Origin: a virus
Length of the DNA stretch: 64,000 bases
IMG/VR virus record: IMGVR_UViG_3300005613_000006
Coordinates: 108,879 to 172,878 of that record
Reading direction: 5' to 3' (one strand)
Part shown: positions 18,960-28,766 of the stretch, one piece after another
Layout: each line of letters begins with the position of its first letter
Numbering within the stretch: position 1 is the stretch's first letter
Notes under the pieces: model-generated
The model's database searches: none
The model's input: the letters and a program-made list of their open reading frames with translations, nothing else
Told to the model about the DNA's origin: nothing
Program-made: the position numbers and the translations under genes

Positions 18960-19781
18960 TTATGCCTCCTCTTGTTTCAGTACGATTCTCTTGATGCCAC
19001 CCATGTACTCAGCCACTTCGCTGAAACTACTTGGGCCTGCCAGGATGTATTGGCATCTGCTAAGCAAGTGCATTTCTACAGCGGCATCTTGAACAGGCAA
19101 ATCATTGTCCGTGCGAAAGTCAGAACAGCCGTAGTGAATCACTCTGCCTGGATACTTTGCCTTGAAGCTATTAATGACGGCTGGACCGTTGGTTGCTAGG
19201 AGTATCGGTCTGTCTTCGTCTTGCAGGGCTTCGTGATACTGGTCTTCGTTTACCCATCTGTCCTTCCACTGTGGCCTACCAATATCTCCACGTCGGACAT
19301 GAACCCCGACACACTCTCTGAGCGGATAGGTTTCAGCAAACCCTCTTACCTTGTCAACAATGTAGGGGTGCCACTGCATCTTGTTTTTCAAGATAGCTCC
19401 GTACTTCTTGCGGAAGTGGCGGCGCTTGCCTCCTACCTCGTCTTCGTCGCCCAGGTAACCCCAACACCAGATATTGTACACAACAACATCAACATCAACA
19501 AACTGTTCTCTCAACACGGTCGAATTGGTAATCTCTGATACGGGCCAGCCCTCATACTTCTTGGTGAAGTAATCCAAGGCCCCGTCTTTGTGTGCCGACT
19601 CGTAGACCGAGAAGCCGTTGTTGATAAACAGAGAGTTGAATGCGGCTCCCATCTTGTTGTAGCGGGTCCAGTATATGTCAAGGTAGCGGTCGAGGTCTTG
19701 TGCAATATGAATGCTGGTTGCCAGTGAACGCAAGCGATTACCCAAGCCCCCCTTTGCTACATATCCTAGAACTTTCTTCAT
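18960..19781 (-). CDS. fucosyltransferase-like glycosyltransferase
   Basis: GGLGNRL, GVHVRRGD, LATN, SSFS. Confidence 0.8.
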   Translation of the reverse strand: MKKVLGYVAKGGLGNRLRSLATSIHIAQDLDRYLDIYWTRYNKMGAAFNSLFINNGFSVYESAHKDGALDYFTKKYEGWPVSEITNSTVLREQFVDVDVVVYNIWCWGYLGDEDEVGGKRRHFRKKYGAILKNKMQWHPYIVDKVRGFAETYPLRECVGVHVRRGDIGRPQWKDRWVNEDQYHEALQDEDRPILLATNGPAVINSFKAKYPGRVIHYGCSDFRTDNDLPVQDAAVEMHLLSRCQYILAGPSSFSEVAEYMGGIKRIVLKQEEA

Positions 19782-20839
19782 GTGTCTTCCTCGCGATTGA
19801 CAAAGAACTCTTTCACCCACTGTTTGAACGCCTGACCGTCTTTGGACAGCTTGTACAAACCGTTGGCCTTCTTCGTCAAGTCCCTTGTCGGGTCAAAGTC
19901 TAGCTCGCGAAACTTGAGTAGTCTGGTGCCATGTTGTCGAGCATCGCGAGAGCCATGATACAGGTGAAACACTTCCCCTTCAACATGGGCAAAACTGTGT
20001 CGAATGTAGCGTTGGCATTCTTCGGCCCAGGAGTAGTACATCCTACTGTGGGTGCCGCTATACTCTTGCTTGGCGTTAAGTTGTTCCTCTATCACCATCT
20101 TGGCTATCAACATATCTCCGCTGCCGATAACACACGTATCCAATAGTCCCCCTATCCGCAGAAGCACGTCTTTTCTAAACGCACAGGCATAACCTGGGTG
20201 GCCATACTCGGCATCTTGGCCATAGATGCGGTCCACATACTCTTTTATGAAGCCCTTGATTTCATCACAGTCTCCAGTGTGTGCTGGAATATCGGTCAGC
20301 CCTGGCGGCATTCGGTAGCCATAGCTATACGGTTGTACAACCATGTAGCTGTGCAATAGCTCTGACGTTTGCTCAACCCAATCATCTTGCTGGAACATCA
20401 CGTCGCAGTCTACCCAACACACCTTGTCACAGTCTTCGGGTAGGTGTTGCACACCGATATTCAGCAACGCCTCTTTTTGCCAGAGTATCTCGTCGTCGTC
20501 AGTAATCTGTAAGAGGTTGTGTGGCCTAAGATACTTCTGCAAGCGAAGCTGCTCTGGTCGCCCCGCCAATTCTACAATCAGGGTATCGGGACACTGCGTA
20601 ATAAACCTATCGTAGAAACGCAGGAAGTTCGTCAGTCTACTATCAAAACCCATAGGATTGAAGTAACAACTAACACCCCACAATGACCCACGGGATTCAG
20701 TCGGAATCCTTGTGGGCATCCTTGGTGTCCAATCTTTTATCGAAACAGGAGCCTCTTTGACTGGCGCTGTCTGTCGCTTTGGCTTTGGCCCACTAGGTTT
20801 CTTTGCTTTAGCTGTGATGTTCGTGATGCGCATTGGCAT
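19778..20839 (-). CDS. GT-A fold glycosyltransferase-like protein
   Basis: WQKE.LLN, WVDCD (DxD), GSGD, HLYHG. Confidence 0.75.
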   Translation of the reverse strand: MPMRITNITAKAKKPSGPKPKRQTAPVKEAPVSIKDWTPRMPTRIPTESRGSLWGVSCYFNPMGFDSRLTNFLRFYDRFITQCPDTLIVELAGRPEQLRLQKYLRPHNLLQITDDDEILWQKEALLNIGVQHLPEDCDKVCWVDCDVMFQQDDWVEQTSELLHSYMVVQPYSYGYRMPPGLTDIPAHTGDCDEIKGFIKEYVDRIYGQDAEYGHPGYACAFRKDVLLRIGGLLDTCVIGSGDMLIAKMVIEEQLNAKQEYSGTHSRMYYSWAEECQRYIRHSFAHVEGEVFHLYHGSRDARQHGTRLLKFRELDFDPTRDLTKKANGLYKLSKDGQAFKQWVKEFFVNREEDT

Positions 20840-21491
20840 TGCTATATTTCTCGTATGCGCGGGTTAGTTTTTTCGGTCCTTTAAGGTCATGGATTGATAC
20901 TGCGTCTACTTCTGTATCAAAGTGTTCAACGGTGTTAAAATGATGGCACCCAGGTAAGTGCGTTGGGAAAATTTCTAACTTAGACAACATATCAGACAAC
21001 CAACAGTCTTCATGGAATGTGATTTCTAAAGCAGGCAGACGACGCAAAAAAGTTGTCAGCTTGTGCAAACACGAACGACTCAAAAAAACCGCCCCTCCTC
21101 CAATCCATTTGATGGGTTGGCGACTAGACCCAAAATGCTTGATGACGTTATCAATGTCTCCCATATACAAAGGCTCATCTATGTCATATTGAGACAGAGC
21201 CTTTAACATGGCGTCAACAAATAGGCATGAATCATCATCAACCTTTACAAACCACTTCTTATCACCATGATAAGCTCTCATATATTGAAGTGTCATAAAG
21301 GTCTTTATGCTTAATTGGTTCCGGTAAATCACTCCTAGATTGATGCAGTTTGGCAAATCCGAACAGTTTTCGTCCGATATGAAGTAGACATTTGACAATC
21401 CCCGTGCCCATGTGTCGCGTATAGCCAAGGCCAATTTACGTCGTTTCTTACACGTACTAACGTAGATTACAACATCGTCTATGGTTAACAT
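20808..21491 (-). CDS. fringe/beta-1,3-galactosyltransferase-like (GT31) protein
   Basis: IRDTWA, KVDDDS, GGGAVFLS, ED.W. Confidence 0.8.
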   Translation of the reverse strand: MLTIDDVVIYVSTCKKRRKLALAIRDTWARGLSNVYFISDENCSDLPNCINLGVIYRNQLSIKTFMTLQYMRAYHGDKKWFVKVDDDSCLFVDAMLKALSQYDIDEPLYMGDIDNVIKHFGSSRQPIKWIGGGAVFLSRSCLHKLTTFLRRLPALEITFHEDCWLSDMLSKLEIFPTHLPGCHHFNTVEHFDTEVDAVSIHDLKGPKKLTRAYEKYSNANAHHEHHS

Positions 21492-21507
21492 TTGTTCTCC
21501 CCTCAAG

Positions 21508-21588
21508 CGGAAGGCAAGGGACTCGAACCCTCAACCCTTTCGGGCACCCCGGTTCCAACGGGGCTCCTAGCCAATTCGGATACCTTCC
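21508..21588 (-). tRNA. tRNA-Ser(GGA)
   Basis: long variable arm, loop TTGGAAC. Confidence 0.85.
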
Positions 21589-21626
21589 AGTTCCCGTTCG
21601 GACATATCTTACTTCTTATGGGGGGT

Positions 21627-22004
21627 CTAAGTGTTGCAAAATGATGCAATTTCAGACCTGATATTCCCGTTCGGGTCAATGGCAACAAGGCACCCATCAA
21701 TCTCAGCACGGCGTCTGATTCCTAACAAAGAATAGATTGCCAGCAAAATCTCGATGAAATCCTGACGGCGGGTGACGGTCCACTCATAGAGTGGCTTGTG
21801 GTTACGGTCAGGGTCTCCTTCAACAGGGCCTCGAATATGCCCTATGTCGAACATCATACAACGTCTTACCACATCCTCGTCGGTCATTCGGATACGAAAA
21901 AACACTTTGTTTTTACCGATGTAACCTTCACCCTCCGCTAAACCAGCTAGCCATGCTAGATTGATGGGTGTCCAATGCTGCTTGTCAATGTGTCGATATT
22001 TCAT
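21627..22004 (-). CDS. LAGLIDADG-family homing endonuclease (single motif)
   Basis: LAWLAGLAEGEG, MTD.D; promoter motif at 22023. Confidence 0.8.
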   Translation of the reverse strand: MKYRHIDKQHWTPINLAWLAGLAEGEGYIGKNKVFFRIRMTDEDVVRRCMMFDIGHIRGPVEGDPDRNHKPLYEWTVTRRQDFIEILLAIYSLLGIRRRAEIDGCLVAIDPNGNIRSEIASFCNT

Positions 22005-22059
22005 GGCGTATTCCTCCTAGAGATTATACACCAAATGTTACCGCACAGTGACATTTCAG

Positions 22060-22485
22060 CTAGAACGGCACTTCGCCGTCCTTACCACCTTCACTCTTTC
22101 CGCTGGATTCGGGCTGTGAAGCTGGGGCACCACCGCCCCCGCCGCCACCGCCGCCGCCCTTTCGGTCGAGCATTTGCATACGCTCCCCGATGACTTTCAG
22201 CTTGGAGCGCTTGGCACCATCATCGGTTTCCCAAGTGTCCAGTTTGAGGCGACCCTCAATCAAAACACATGAGCCCTTTTTCAGGTACTCACCAGCAACT
22301 TCGGCTGTACGAGCCCACAATGTCACATCGACAAAGGTAACCTCGTCTTCCCATTTGTCGTTACGCTTGATGCGGTCGTTAATCGCCAAGCCCAAATCGC
22401 ACACGGCGGTGCCACTTGGAATGTAACGTACTTCTGGGTCTCGGGTAACATTCCCAACCAAAACAACGCGGTTGAAACTAGCCAT
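22060..22485 (-). CDS. ssb: single-stranded DNA-binding protein
   Basis: [15 protein letters not shown], Gly-rich linker, C-terminal EVPF. Confidence 0.95.
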   Translation of the reverse strand: MASFNRVVLVGNVTRDPEVRYIPSGTAVCDLGLAINDRIKRNDKWEDEVTFVDVTLWARTAEVAGEYLKKGSCVLIEGRLKLDTWETDDGAKRSKLKVIGERMQMLDRKGGGGGGGGGGAPASQPESSGKSEGGKDGEVPF

Positions 22486-22559
22486 AACACAAACTCCTTC
22501 TTCAAAAAAGTAATGAGAGATGCAGCGCCAAGCTGCACCGAACTAAAGTAAGGACTGAT

Positions 22560-23408
22560 TCAGTCCTTGATATACTGTGTCGCCTTTCCACGGTCTGACA
22601 AAATCGTTAGAGGAATGTTTCCCATTAGACAGGCCGCTTGGTTGAAATTGCTTTTGCCAGCAATAATTTGTTTGCACCTCGACATTATCAACAGTTCAAT
22701 CATAGCGTATTCAATAGCTCCGGCATGGCGACCATATTGTTGCCCTTGGTGTTTGAGCCTCAATACTTCTCCATATTGTTTTTCAAACTCTTCAATCGCT
22801 TGGTCGCCCTCTGCAAACAACGCAATGCTGTTAGTCAAGTTGTTGTCTTCAATGTACTGAAAGTAAGTGTTGTTTGACACGAATCTACAATGATGTGGGG
22901 CTCCTGGGCGCTCTATGTCACCGCGTCTAATATGGACTGCTGTTTTGTCGGACAGGTCGTGTTCTTGGCAAAAATCATCTGCTGCTTTCCAAACATGGTA
23001 ATTCCATTCTATAAGGTTGTTAGCAACATAACTGAGTTCACTACGCCATGTCTTCAACTCCTCATTTGGAAAACGCCAGGGCCACATAACTGGAAACTTG
23101 CAGTAAATTGCAGTTTCCTTAATGTCTTCCACGTTAACTCCAGGGAGTGGATTGACAATGCGATAAACACTATCTCCAAACAGCCTCTCTATTTCATCTT
23201 CTCCGTGGTTGCGGGCGGGGTTTAAGGGTTGTATCAATCTATTGGGGCAAACAACCCTTCGCATTGGAACACGACAGTGGTTGGGCTTCTCAGTCCAACA
23301 ACACAAGTGCTTCAAACCATAAACATGGGCCATTCTAGCAGCAATGACCAAATGCACTACTCTTGCCCCCAATCCATCTCCACGATTGGTTATAACGTAC
23401 TCTGCCAT
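22560..23408 (-). CDS. fucosyltransferase-like glycosyltransferase
   Basis: DGLGAR, VHIRRGD, S.C..II.G.SNF. Confidence 0.75.
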   Translation of the reverse strand: MAEYVITNRGDGLGARVVHLVIAARMAHVYGLKHLCCWTEKPNHCRVPMRRVVCPNRLIQPLNPARNHGEDEIERLFGDSVYRIVNPLPGVNVEDIKETAIYCKFPVMWPWRFPNEELKTWRSELSYVANNLIEWNYHVWKAADDFCQEHDLSDKTAVHIRRGDIERPGAPHHCRFVSNNTYFQYIEDNNLTNSIALFAEGDQAIEEFEKQYGEVLRLKHQGQQYGRHAGAIEYAMIELLIMSRCKQIIAGKSNFNQAACLMGNIPLTILSDRGKATQYIKD

Positions 23409-23421
23409 AATTCCCTCCAAG

Positions 23422-23492
23422 AGCGGCTACGGGGAATCGAACCCCGATGTTCGGCTTGGGAAGCCGTTGCACTGCCATTGTGCTATAGCCGC
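23422..23492 (-). tRNA. tRNA-Gly(CCC)
   Basis: anticodon loop TTCCCAA. Confidence 0.9.
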
Positions 23493-23815
23493 GCTAGCGC
23501 GGGCAATACGTGCAAGTGACAGAAATAGCTGCGCCATTAACACACGTTTCCCGCGTAGTTCGAGAAGTAGGCGGCGGCAGTCCCAAGTTAAGGTGGCTCA
23601 CAAATAGAACCATGATAGCCTCACCGGCTTGTCGCCCGCTCAACCCTCTGCTTGTTTTTTAGGAGGTTTGCAAGCGCCTCACAGAATTCATTATCATATT
23701 CTAATAATTGTAATTACGAGCAGCTTGTACCCGTCGCGTAAACTCAAGCCCCTATTTGACGATAGGCTCTATTGTCCGTACCGCGTTCACGGCTGTCACG
23801 CAGCCTAAGCTAGCA
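23493..23815 (-). ncRNA. pseudoknot-containing ncRNA candidate (~320 nt)
   Basis: no ORF; GCTAGC at both termini; two H-type pseudoknot patterns. Confidence 0.45.
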
Positions 23816-23820
23816 ACTAC

Positions 23821-24516
23821 TTAGGCCCCAGCCTCTTCCACTTTACTTTGTTCTATCACGCCTTTCACGTATTGCAACATGGCTATCTTGTTAGGTACGC
23901 CCATTGTCCAATTTGCGTGGTGCATCAATATGTTGCGCGGAACATTCAACCCATGTCCTGGCTTCCATATACGTCTAGGACACCAAAATTGTTTTGCGTC
24001 AAGCAGCTTCCATCTAAACAAAGAGTTGTGATTATTAACGGCGTCTTGGTCATTGCCTTGGAAGATGCCTCTGCATTCATTAACAGCGTCTTGGTCTCCA
24101 TATCTACGACCTTTGCTTCGCTCCATCAGTTCAATACACTTTTTGAAAACCTCTTTCATTGTGTCATTAGCTCGACAAATGAAAAACCCAGTACATAATG
24201 TAGAACCACTGTCTTTTTGTGCCGCAAGGTCACAATCATCTATGGCTTCCAATAGTATAGCTTTCGTGGGTCCAAAGAATTGTATGTCACAGTCTGAAAA
24301 CACAAAATATCCGCCATAGTTTTCATCAATGGCGTCGAGTAGAATGTTAAACGTATGAGTGACGGTCTCTGCAAAACCAGGGGTCATAAATGTTCCGCTG
24401 CCTATTTGAGGAAACTGCTTCACGGTTAACAGATACTCATTAGGTATCAACGACGGCAAGAAGTAGTCGTACATCATTTGCCGATGAGACTCAGTGAACA
24501 TAGTGTACATTCGCAT
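23821..24516 (-). CDS. nucleotide-diphospho-sugar transferase (GT77-like)
   Basis: FSDCDI, CTGFF, NDQD, HHANW. Confidence 0.8.
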   Translation of the reverse strand: MRMYTMFTESHRQMMYDYFLPSLIPNEYLLTVKQFPQIGSGTFMTPGFAETVTHTFNILLDAIDENYGGYFVFSDCDIQFFGPTKAILLEAIDDCDLAAQKDSGSTLCTGFFICRANDTMKEVFKKCIELMERSKGRRYGDQDAVNECRGIFQGNDQDAVNNHNSLFRWKLLDAKQFWCPRRIWKPGHGLNVPRNILMHHANWTMGVPNKIAMLQYVKGVIEQSKVEEAGA

Positions 24517-24518
24517 TG

Positions 24519-24857
24519 TTATGCTTTCTCCGCAAAACCACAGGCTATCAAGGTCTCCGACAGATTGTTTCCGTTAATCCAAATCTCCCCCAATATCCTC
24601 TCAAAGCTGTGTATGTCTCCCAGTTGTAGATTGCTGCGCCCCGGCGGAACAAACAGGAGAACCTTGCCTTCGTAGGTGTCGAGTAGTTGAGTCACATGTT
24701 TGAAAGCCTTGGCGCTTATCTCTTTGTCTCTGTCGGGCACATTGCAGCCGAGCAGTCGAATCTTGACGGTGCGCTTAACTTCAACCTCAAGTGTGTCGGC
24801 ATCAATTACCCGCACTACCTTTGCTTCGGTGGCTACGCCTTTTCTTGGTTCATTCAT
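24519..24857 (-). CDS. thermonuclease (SNase-like)
   Basis: VVRVIDADT, IRLLG...P, R.LG.I...G.NL...L...G.A. Confidence 0.8.
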   Translation of the reverse strand: MNEPRKGVATEAKVVRVIDADTLEVEVKRTVKIRLLGCNVPDRDKEISAKAFKHVTQLLDTYEGKVLLFVPPGRSNLQLGDIHSFERILGEIWINGNNLSETLIACGFAEKA

Positions 24858-25560
24858 GTGTGCTTACTTTCTGTAGTTCTTCCAGGTCGCAGCCCTTGCC
24901 ATACCCCCACGTTTTCTCGCCACTCTTTAAGTCTGATGGGCTAACCTTAACGTAGTGTTGTTCACAGCCAAGTCTGTCTCTGTGGGGACTATACGTTTTG
25001 AACTTAACTCGATGCACATGTGTGGCTTTGACAGTATGACATGGATTAAACAATCTCAGCCCGGCCCTATGAGCCCAGCTAGCTATCAAATTGTCGCAGC
25101 CAGGCTTGCCCAAGTAAAAGTCCGTGTTCTCCAGCAATACCGGATGGGCTGGTGCTACAAATACCCAGGCGTCTTGCGTTCGGTGTGGGTTTGGTATTCG
25201 CACCAACGGCTCGCCTTCATATTTCTCCCAGCGAGATAGACACACAAAGTAGTGGGGGTTATGAAACTGTTCTAGCTCCGCAATGGATTCGTCAAACGCT
25301 ATGTCAGCATTGACAATACAACACAGCGTATTTGGTAACAGTTGCTCGGTGGCATATTGGAACAGCGTCTTAAAAGTCGGTCTCTCGTCCAACTCTTTCA
25401 ACACCAGTTTTTGATGCTCACGTATCTGAGCCCCTTTATCCGCCAGCGATATAACTGCATCTATGTGGGGATTCTCCAGGTTTCGACACAGCGCCTCGGC
25501 ATATTCCTCGTTGCGTTGTTCACTTGAAACACATGGCGAATTGATAATCAAGGTAATCAT
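24850..25560 (-). CDS. glycosyltransferase-like protein
   Basis: NADI.FD, LSRWE, QDAW, LGKPGCDN, H.H. Confidence 0.65.
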   Translation of the reverse strand: MITLIINSPCVSSEQRNEEYAEALCRNLENPHIDAVISLADKGAQIREHQKLVLKELDERPTFKTLFQYATEQLLPNTLCCIVNADIAFDESIAELEQFHNPHYFVCLSRWEKYEGEPLVRIPNPHRTQDAWVFVAPAHPVLLENTDFYLGKPGCDNLIASWAHRAGLRLFNPCHTVKATHVHRVKFKTYSPHRDRLGCEQHYVKVSPSDLKSGEKTWGYGKGCDLEELQKVSTHE

Positions 25561-25973
25561 TTGTCGCCTGGGATACGTCCACAGTTAGGAACAACGTAGG
25601 GAACAAACTCTTTGGGTTGGTCATTCATCGGAATATCCAACGGGAACACTGGAGGGTCTGGAAGTTGGGGAAGTTTCTGCCCCGAGCCATCGCCCTCTAG
25701 TTCTGGTCCCCAGATTATGTCCATCATTCCTGGGCTGTCGCTTTGTAGCAAGTCACTTAGATGCCCGCTTCCGTTTACGCATGGGTGGTATTCCCAGCCT
25801 ATACACGGGTCGAAAAGCAGCGGCCCCTTCATCGCTATGTGTCGATAGTCGTTGTCATAGTCTCGTTCCTCTGGCTCTGGCAGTTTGTCGCGCGGCTCTG
25901 TTATGGCCTTAGCCGCCGCCAGTGGAGCTAGGGCTATCCCAATCCACGTTGCCATAAATCCTCGTCTGTCCAT
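25557..25973 (-). CDS. hypothetical protein with a twin-arginine signal peptide
   Basis: MDRRGFM followed by a hydrophobic stretch and AKA. Confidence 0.65.
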   Translation of the reverse strand: MDRRGFMATWIGIALAPLAAAKAITEPRDKLPEPEERDYDNDYRHIAMKGPLLFDPCIGWEYHPCVNGSGHLSDLLQSDSPGMMDIIWGPELEGDGSGQKLPQLPDPPVFPLDIPMNDQPKEFVPYVVPNCGRIPGDK

Positions 25974-25983
25974 CCTTCTCTCC

Positions 25984-26196
25984 CTACATTAAACAAAGCA
26001 GTAGCATTAGCACACAGCCACTACATGTTAGAAATGTGCGATACTCTACTCCTTCGGGAGCAAGTCCCTCGGGTGTAAATGCGTCTTCCGCAGCCCGATA
26101 CTCTTCTATGGTACGGTACTGCTCTGGCTTTGGTGGGTTGTCGCGAATCTTCTGAGCCGCAATCTCACCCGCACTTTTCTTTTTTCTTCCAAACAT
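25984..26196 (-). CDS. small membrane protein
   Basis: 70 aa with a C-terminal hydrophobic segment. Confidence 0.5.
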   Translation of the reverse strand: MFGRKKKSAGEIAAQKIRDNPPKPEQYRTIEEYRAAEDAFTPEGLAPEGVEYRTFLTCSGCVLMLLLCLM

Positions 26197-26211
26197 TGCT
26201 TGTCCTCTCAG

Positions 26212-26280
26212 TGGAGCGTAAGGGAATCGAACCCTTCTGCCTTCGGTGCGAGCGAAAGCCCTAGCCCACTACGACGCCCC
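26212..26280 (-). tRNA. tRNA-Ala(CGC)
   Basis: G3:U70, loop CTCGCAC. Confidence 0.8.
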
Positions 26281-26432
26281 AGTAGTGGCGAATTTGTAGA
26301 ACAGATTGCAACGCTGTCTGACGATGAACTGGTTGCGAATGGTTCTACTGGCCGAGTCACGGTTGCTATTGTATGCTTCGTCATGTGCAGGGACAATGTG
26401 AGAGCCGAGAGTCGTCGCCACTAACCATGTCT

Positions 26433-27383
26433 CTAGTCATCTTCCGAATGACCGTCATGCACTTTCTGCCCACATTCGTCACAGTTGTCGGGCTTGTAGA
26501 GGTAGAATTGATTCTTCCCCTTGGGTTTGCTGACTTTGCCCTCGGCGTCGTCTTCGGTTGCAGCCGCGCCTTCAATGTTCAGCTTCTTTAGTTCTTCCCA
26601 CGTTGGGGGTTTCACCTTGGGGTCAAACAACCAGCTAACACCAGCCTCTTCACCCCACTTCACAAGTTCCCTAACTGGAACCACAAAGTTAAAGGTTTCA
26701 CCGATGCCCTGTGTTAGCATACCCATGTACTGCGGCGTCTGATTCTTCTTCTCAGGGATAATCCAAACCCCGCCGCCTGAGCTACCGGGAAACGCTGGCA
26801 CGGCAGTTTGGTCGAACACTTGTTCGTCAAGGATGCGGCCCACTTGCGACAGTGGCCCCTTGGTGATACTGTTCGCACCGATTTGACCTTGCAAAGAACC
26901 ACAGTGAATCAAGTCAGTACCGGCCTCTGGAATCTTGTCTCCCAGATAGAACTCGGCGCTACCCTCACCAAAATTCTTCTTCAAAATCAACAGAACGGTA
27001 ACATCCCTCTCGTTGTCTGCGTCTGAGTATTTGATGACCTTACAAATCATCTTCTGCTCACCAACAGACCGCCCATCTTCTCGTTCCTCTTTCACAAGAC
27101 CAAGTTCATCGAACTCAACCACCTTGAATTCCTTCCCCTTGATGATGACAGTTCGCACATTGCGCTGGCCGTCTACAACGTGAGCGGCAGAAAGAATGAA
27201 TGTGGTCGGGCGTTTCGTGCCATCCTTCATAGGGATGTCGCGCTTGATAAGAACACCAGACCCCGACCCGCTATCGGTCTTTACCATGACCGAAACCTGT
27301 TGGCAATGTACGGACGCCTCGTCGGCAACCGCCATACCCACTAGTGCTACTAGCACCAGCATTACTCCTAGCAATCTCCTCAT
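26433..27383 (-). CDS. secreted trypsin-like serine protease
   Basis: signal peptide, GSGV, LSAAHVV, D, PGSSGGG. Confidence 0.9.
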   Translation of the reverse strand: MRRLLGVMLVLVALVGMAVADEASVHCQQVSVMVKTDSGSGSGVLIKRDIPMKDGTKRPTTFILSAAHVVDGQRNVRTVIIKGKEFKVVEFDELGLVKEEREDGRSVGEQKMICKVIKYSDADNERDVTVLLILKKNFGEGSAEFYLGDKIPEAGTDLIHCGSLQGQIGANSITKGPLSQVGRILDEQVFDQTAVPAFPGSSGGGVWIIPEKKNQTPQYMGMLTQGIGETFNFVVPVRELVKWGEEAGVSWLFDPKVKPPTWEELKKLNIEGAAATEDDAEGKVSKPKGKNQFYLYKPDNCDECGQKVHDGHSEDD

Positions 27384-27423
27384 ATCAAACTCCTTGTTGA
27401 GAAAATCCAGTAACTAGTTACAG

Positions 27424-27507
27424 TGCCGAAGGAGAGACTCGAACTCTCACGGGATTACTCCCACCACGTTCTGAGCGTGGCGCGTCTGCCAATTCCGCCA
27501 CAACGGC
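27424..27507 (-). tRNA. tRNA-Leu(CAG)
   Basis: long variable arm, loop CTCAGAA. Confidence 0.9.
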
Positions 27508-27944
27508 TACTCTTTTTTCATCACCACCCGCAAATTGGGGTCATCAAATACATCATCCGGCTTCTTCCACCGAGGGTCAAAGCCGGTTGCTTGCTTGAAC
27601 GCTTTACGCACTGTGCTAACACAGTTCTCCCCCTTGAGAGAGGTGCGCATCCACCGGAAAATCGAGGCATACTTCCGGTACATAGCGCCGACCAAGGTTC
27701 GGGCATTTGTCGCCATTTTATTCCGCACTTCCGCCGGATAATAGCTGCGAAGCACAAGAATTTCGCCATAGCGATGGTAAAAAGTAGGCCAGTCCACGGT
27801 GAGTACCGCGTCTGGCCCTGCTTGTGCCTCTATTATTGTGTCATCGCCCACGAACATGGCTGCGTGATTCCAGTGACCAGGGCTGGTGTTCTTAGCCTCG
27901 TCAGCGTGTCTCGTCAGCAGTATGTCGCCTACTTCCAAACTCAT
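27507..27944 (-). CDS. permuted NlpC/P60 (YiiX-like) hydrolase
   Basis: GDILL, GHWNHAAM, IIEA, NCVS.V.KAF. Confidence 0.8.
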   Translation of the reverse strand: MSLEVGDILLTRHADEAKNTSPGHWNHAAMFVGDDTIIEAQAGPDAVLTVDWPTFYHRYGEILVLRSYYPAEVRNKMATNARTLVGAMYRKYASIFRWMRTSLKGENCVSTVRKAFKQATGFDPRWKKPDDVFDDPNLRVVMKKE

Positions 27945-27947
27945 AAG

Positions 27948-28020
27948 AGCCCCCATAGGGAATCGAACCCTATTCTCGTCCTTACCAAGGACGCATGTTA
28001 ACCTTTAGCACCACAGGGGC
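27948..28020 (-). tRNA. tRNA-Thr(GGT)
   Basis: loop TTGGTAA. Confidence 0.9.
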
Positions 28021-28225
28021 TATTCATTTGCTTGATGGCTTGTTCAATGCTCTGCGTTGGCTTTGGTCGTTCGGCCTTTGCCATCTGCTCCATTGTCTTC
28101 TTCACCATCAACTTCCGCGCCTTCTTGAGGGCTTTCGCCGTAGGCCGGTTGGCGTTCAGCTTGCCCCACTCTTTCATGTGGCGCTCATTCTCTTTGCGCT
28201 TCTTCTTGTTTGCTTTGCTTCCCAT
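27998..28225 (-). CDS. small basic hypothetical protein
   Basis: RBS AGGAG; 3' end overlaps tRNA-Thr. Confidence 0.55.
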   Translation of the reverse strand: MGSKANKKKRKENERHMKEWGKLNANRPTAKALKKARKLMVKKTMEQMAKAERPKPTQSIEQAIKQMNSPCGAKG

Positions 28226-28246
28226 TACAATCTCCTGGTTGAAAAA

Positions 28247-28366
28247 GCAAAGGGTGACGAGTAGAATGCAGGACGATGGGAACCTTCTTCCCTTACTTAT
28301 GAGGAGTCGAACCTCATCAAAACAATTTGGAGTTTCATGTAGTCCTAGCTTGCATTCACCCTTTGT
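28247..28366 (-). ncRNA. Y RNA (YrlA-like) copy 2
   Basis: CAAAGGGTGAATG...GGACTACATG, T-arm TGAGGTTCGACTCCTCA, 3' CTCGTCACCCTTTG. Confidence 0.75.
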
Positions 28367-28371
28367 CTTAG

Positions 28372-28443
28372 TGGAGCCGAGGGGAATCGAACCCCCAGTC
28401 TGCTGGCTGCCAGCCAGATATGTTCCCGTTACACCACAGCCCC
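28372..28443 (-). tRNA. tRNA-Ala(GGC)
   Basis: G3:U70, loop CTGGCAG. Confidence 0.85.
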
Positions 28444-28445
28444 AG

Positions 28446-28766
28446 TTATCGCTGTTTCTTACCTCTAACCAAACTTCCTGCCATCAGCGGCATGATTTTG
28501 TTTCCTTTGCAGACTTCACAGATGACCCAAGTGTGGTCGTTATGAGGTCCGTATCCCTCTTTCACCTTTCCTCGTCCCTTACATTCCTTACAGGTACGGT
28601 CCAACGCTACAATCGCTACGCTGTGTTGAACGCGCGCCGCAAGACATGAATTACACAAATCTGCAAAGCCGTTGCCTTCACCCTTGATTGCTACTTGGTT
28701 TGTCTGCTCTTTTGATAGCAACTGTTTGCAGTCGTCACAAGTAATCTCAACTATGGTCTTCCTCAT
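28446..28766 (-). CDS. Zn-finger protein (CxxCxGxG repeats)
   Basis: CKECKGRG, CEVCKG. Confidence 0.65.
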   Translation of the reverse strand: MRKTIVEITCDDCKQLLSKEQTNQVAIKGEGNGFADLCNSCLAARVQHSVAIVALDRTCKECKGRGKVKEGYGPHNDHTWVICEVCKGNKIMPLMAGSLVRGKKQR

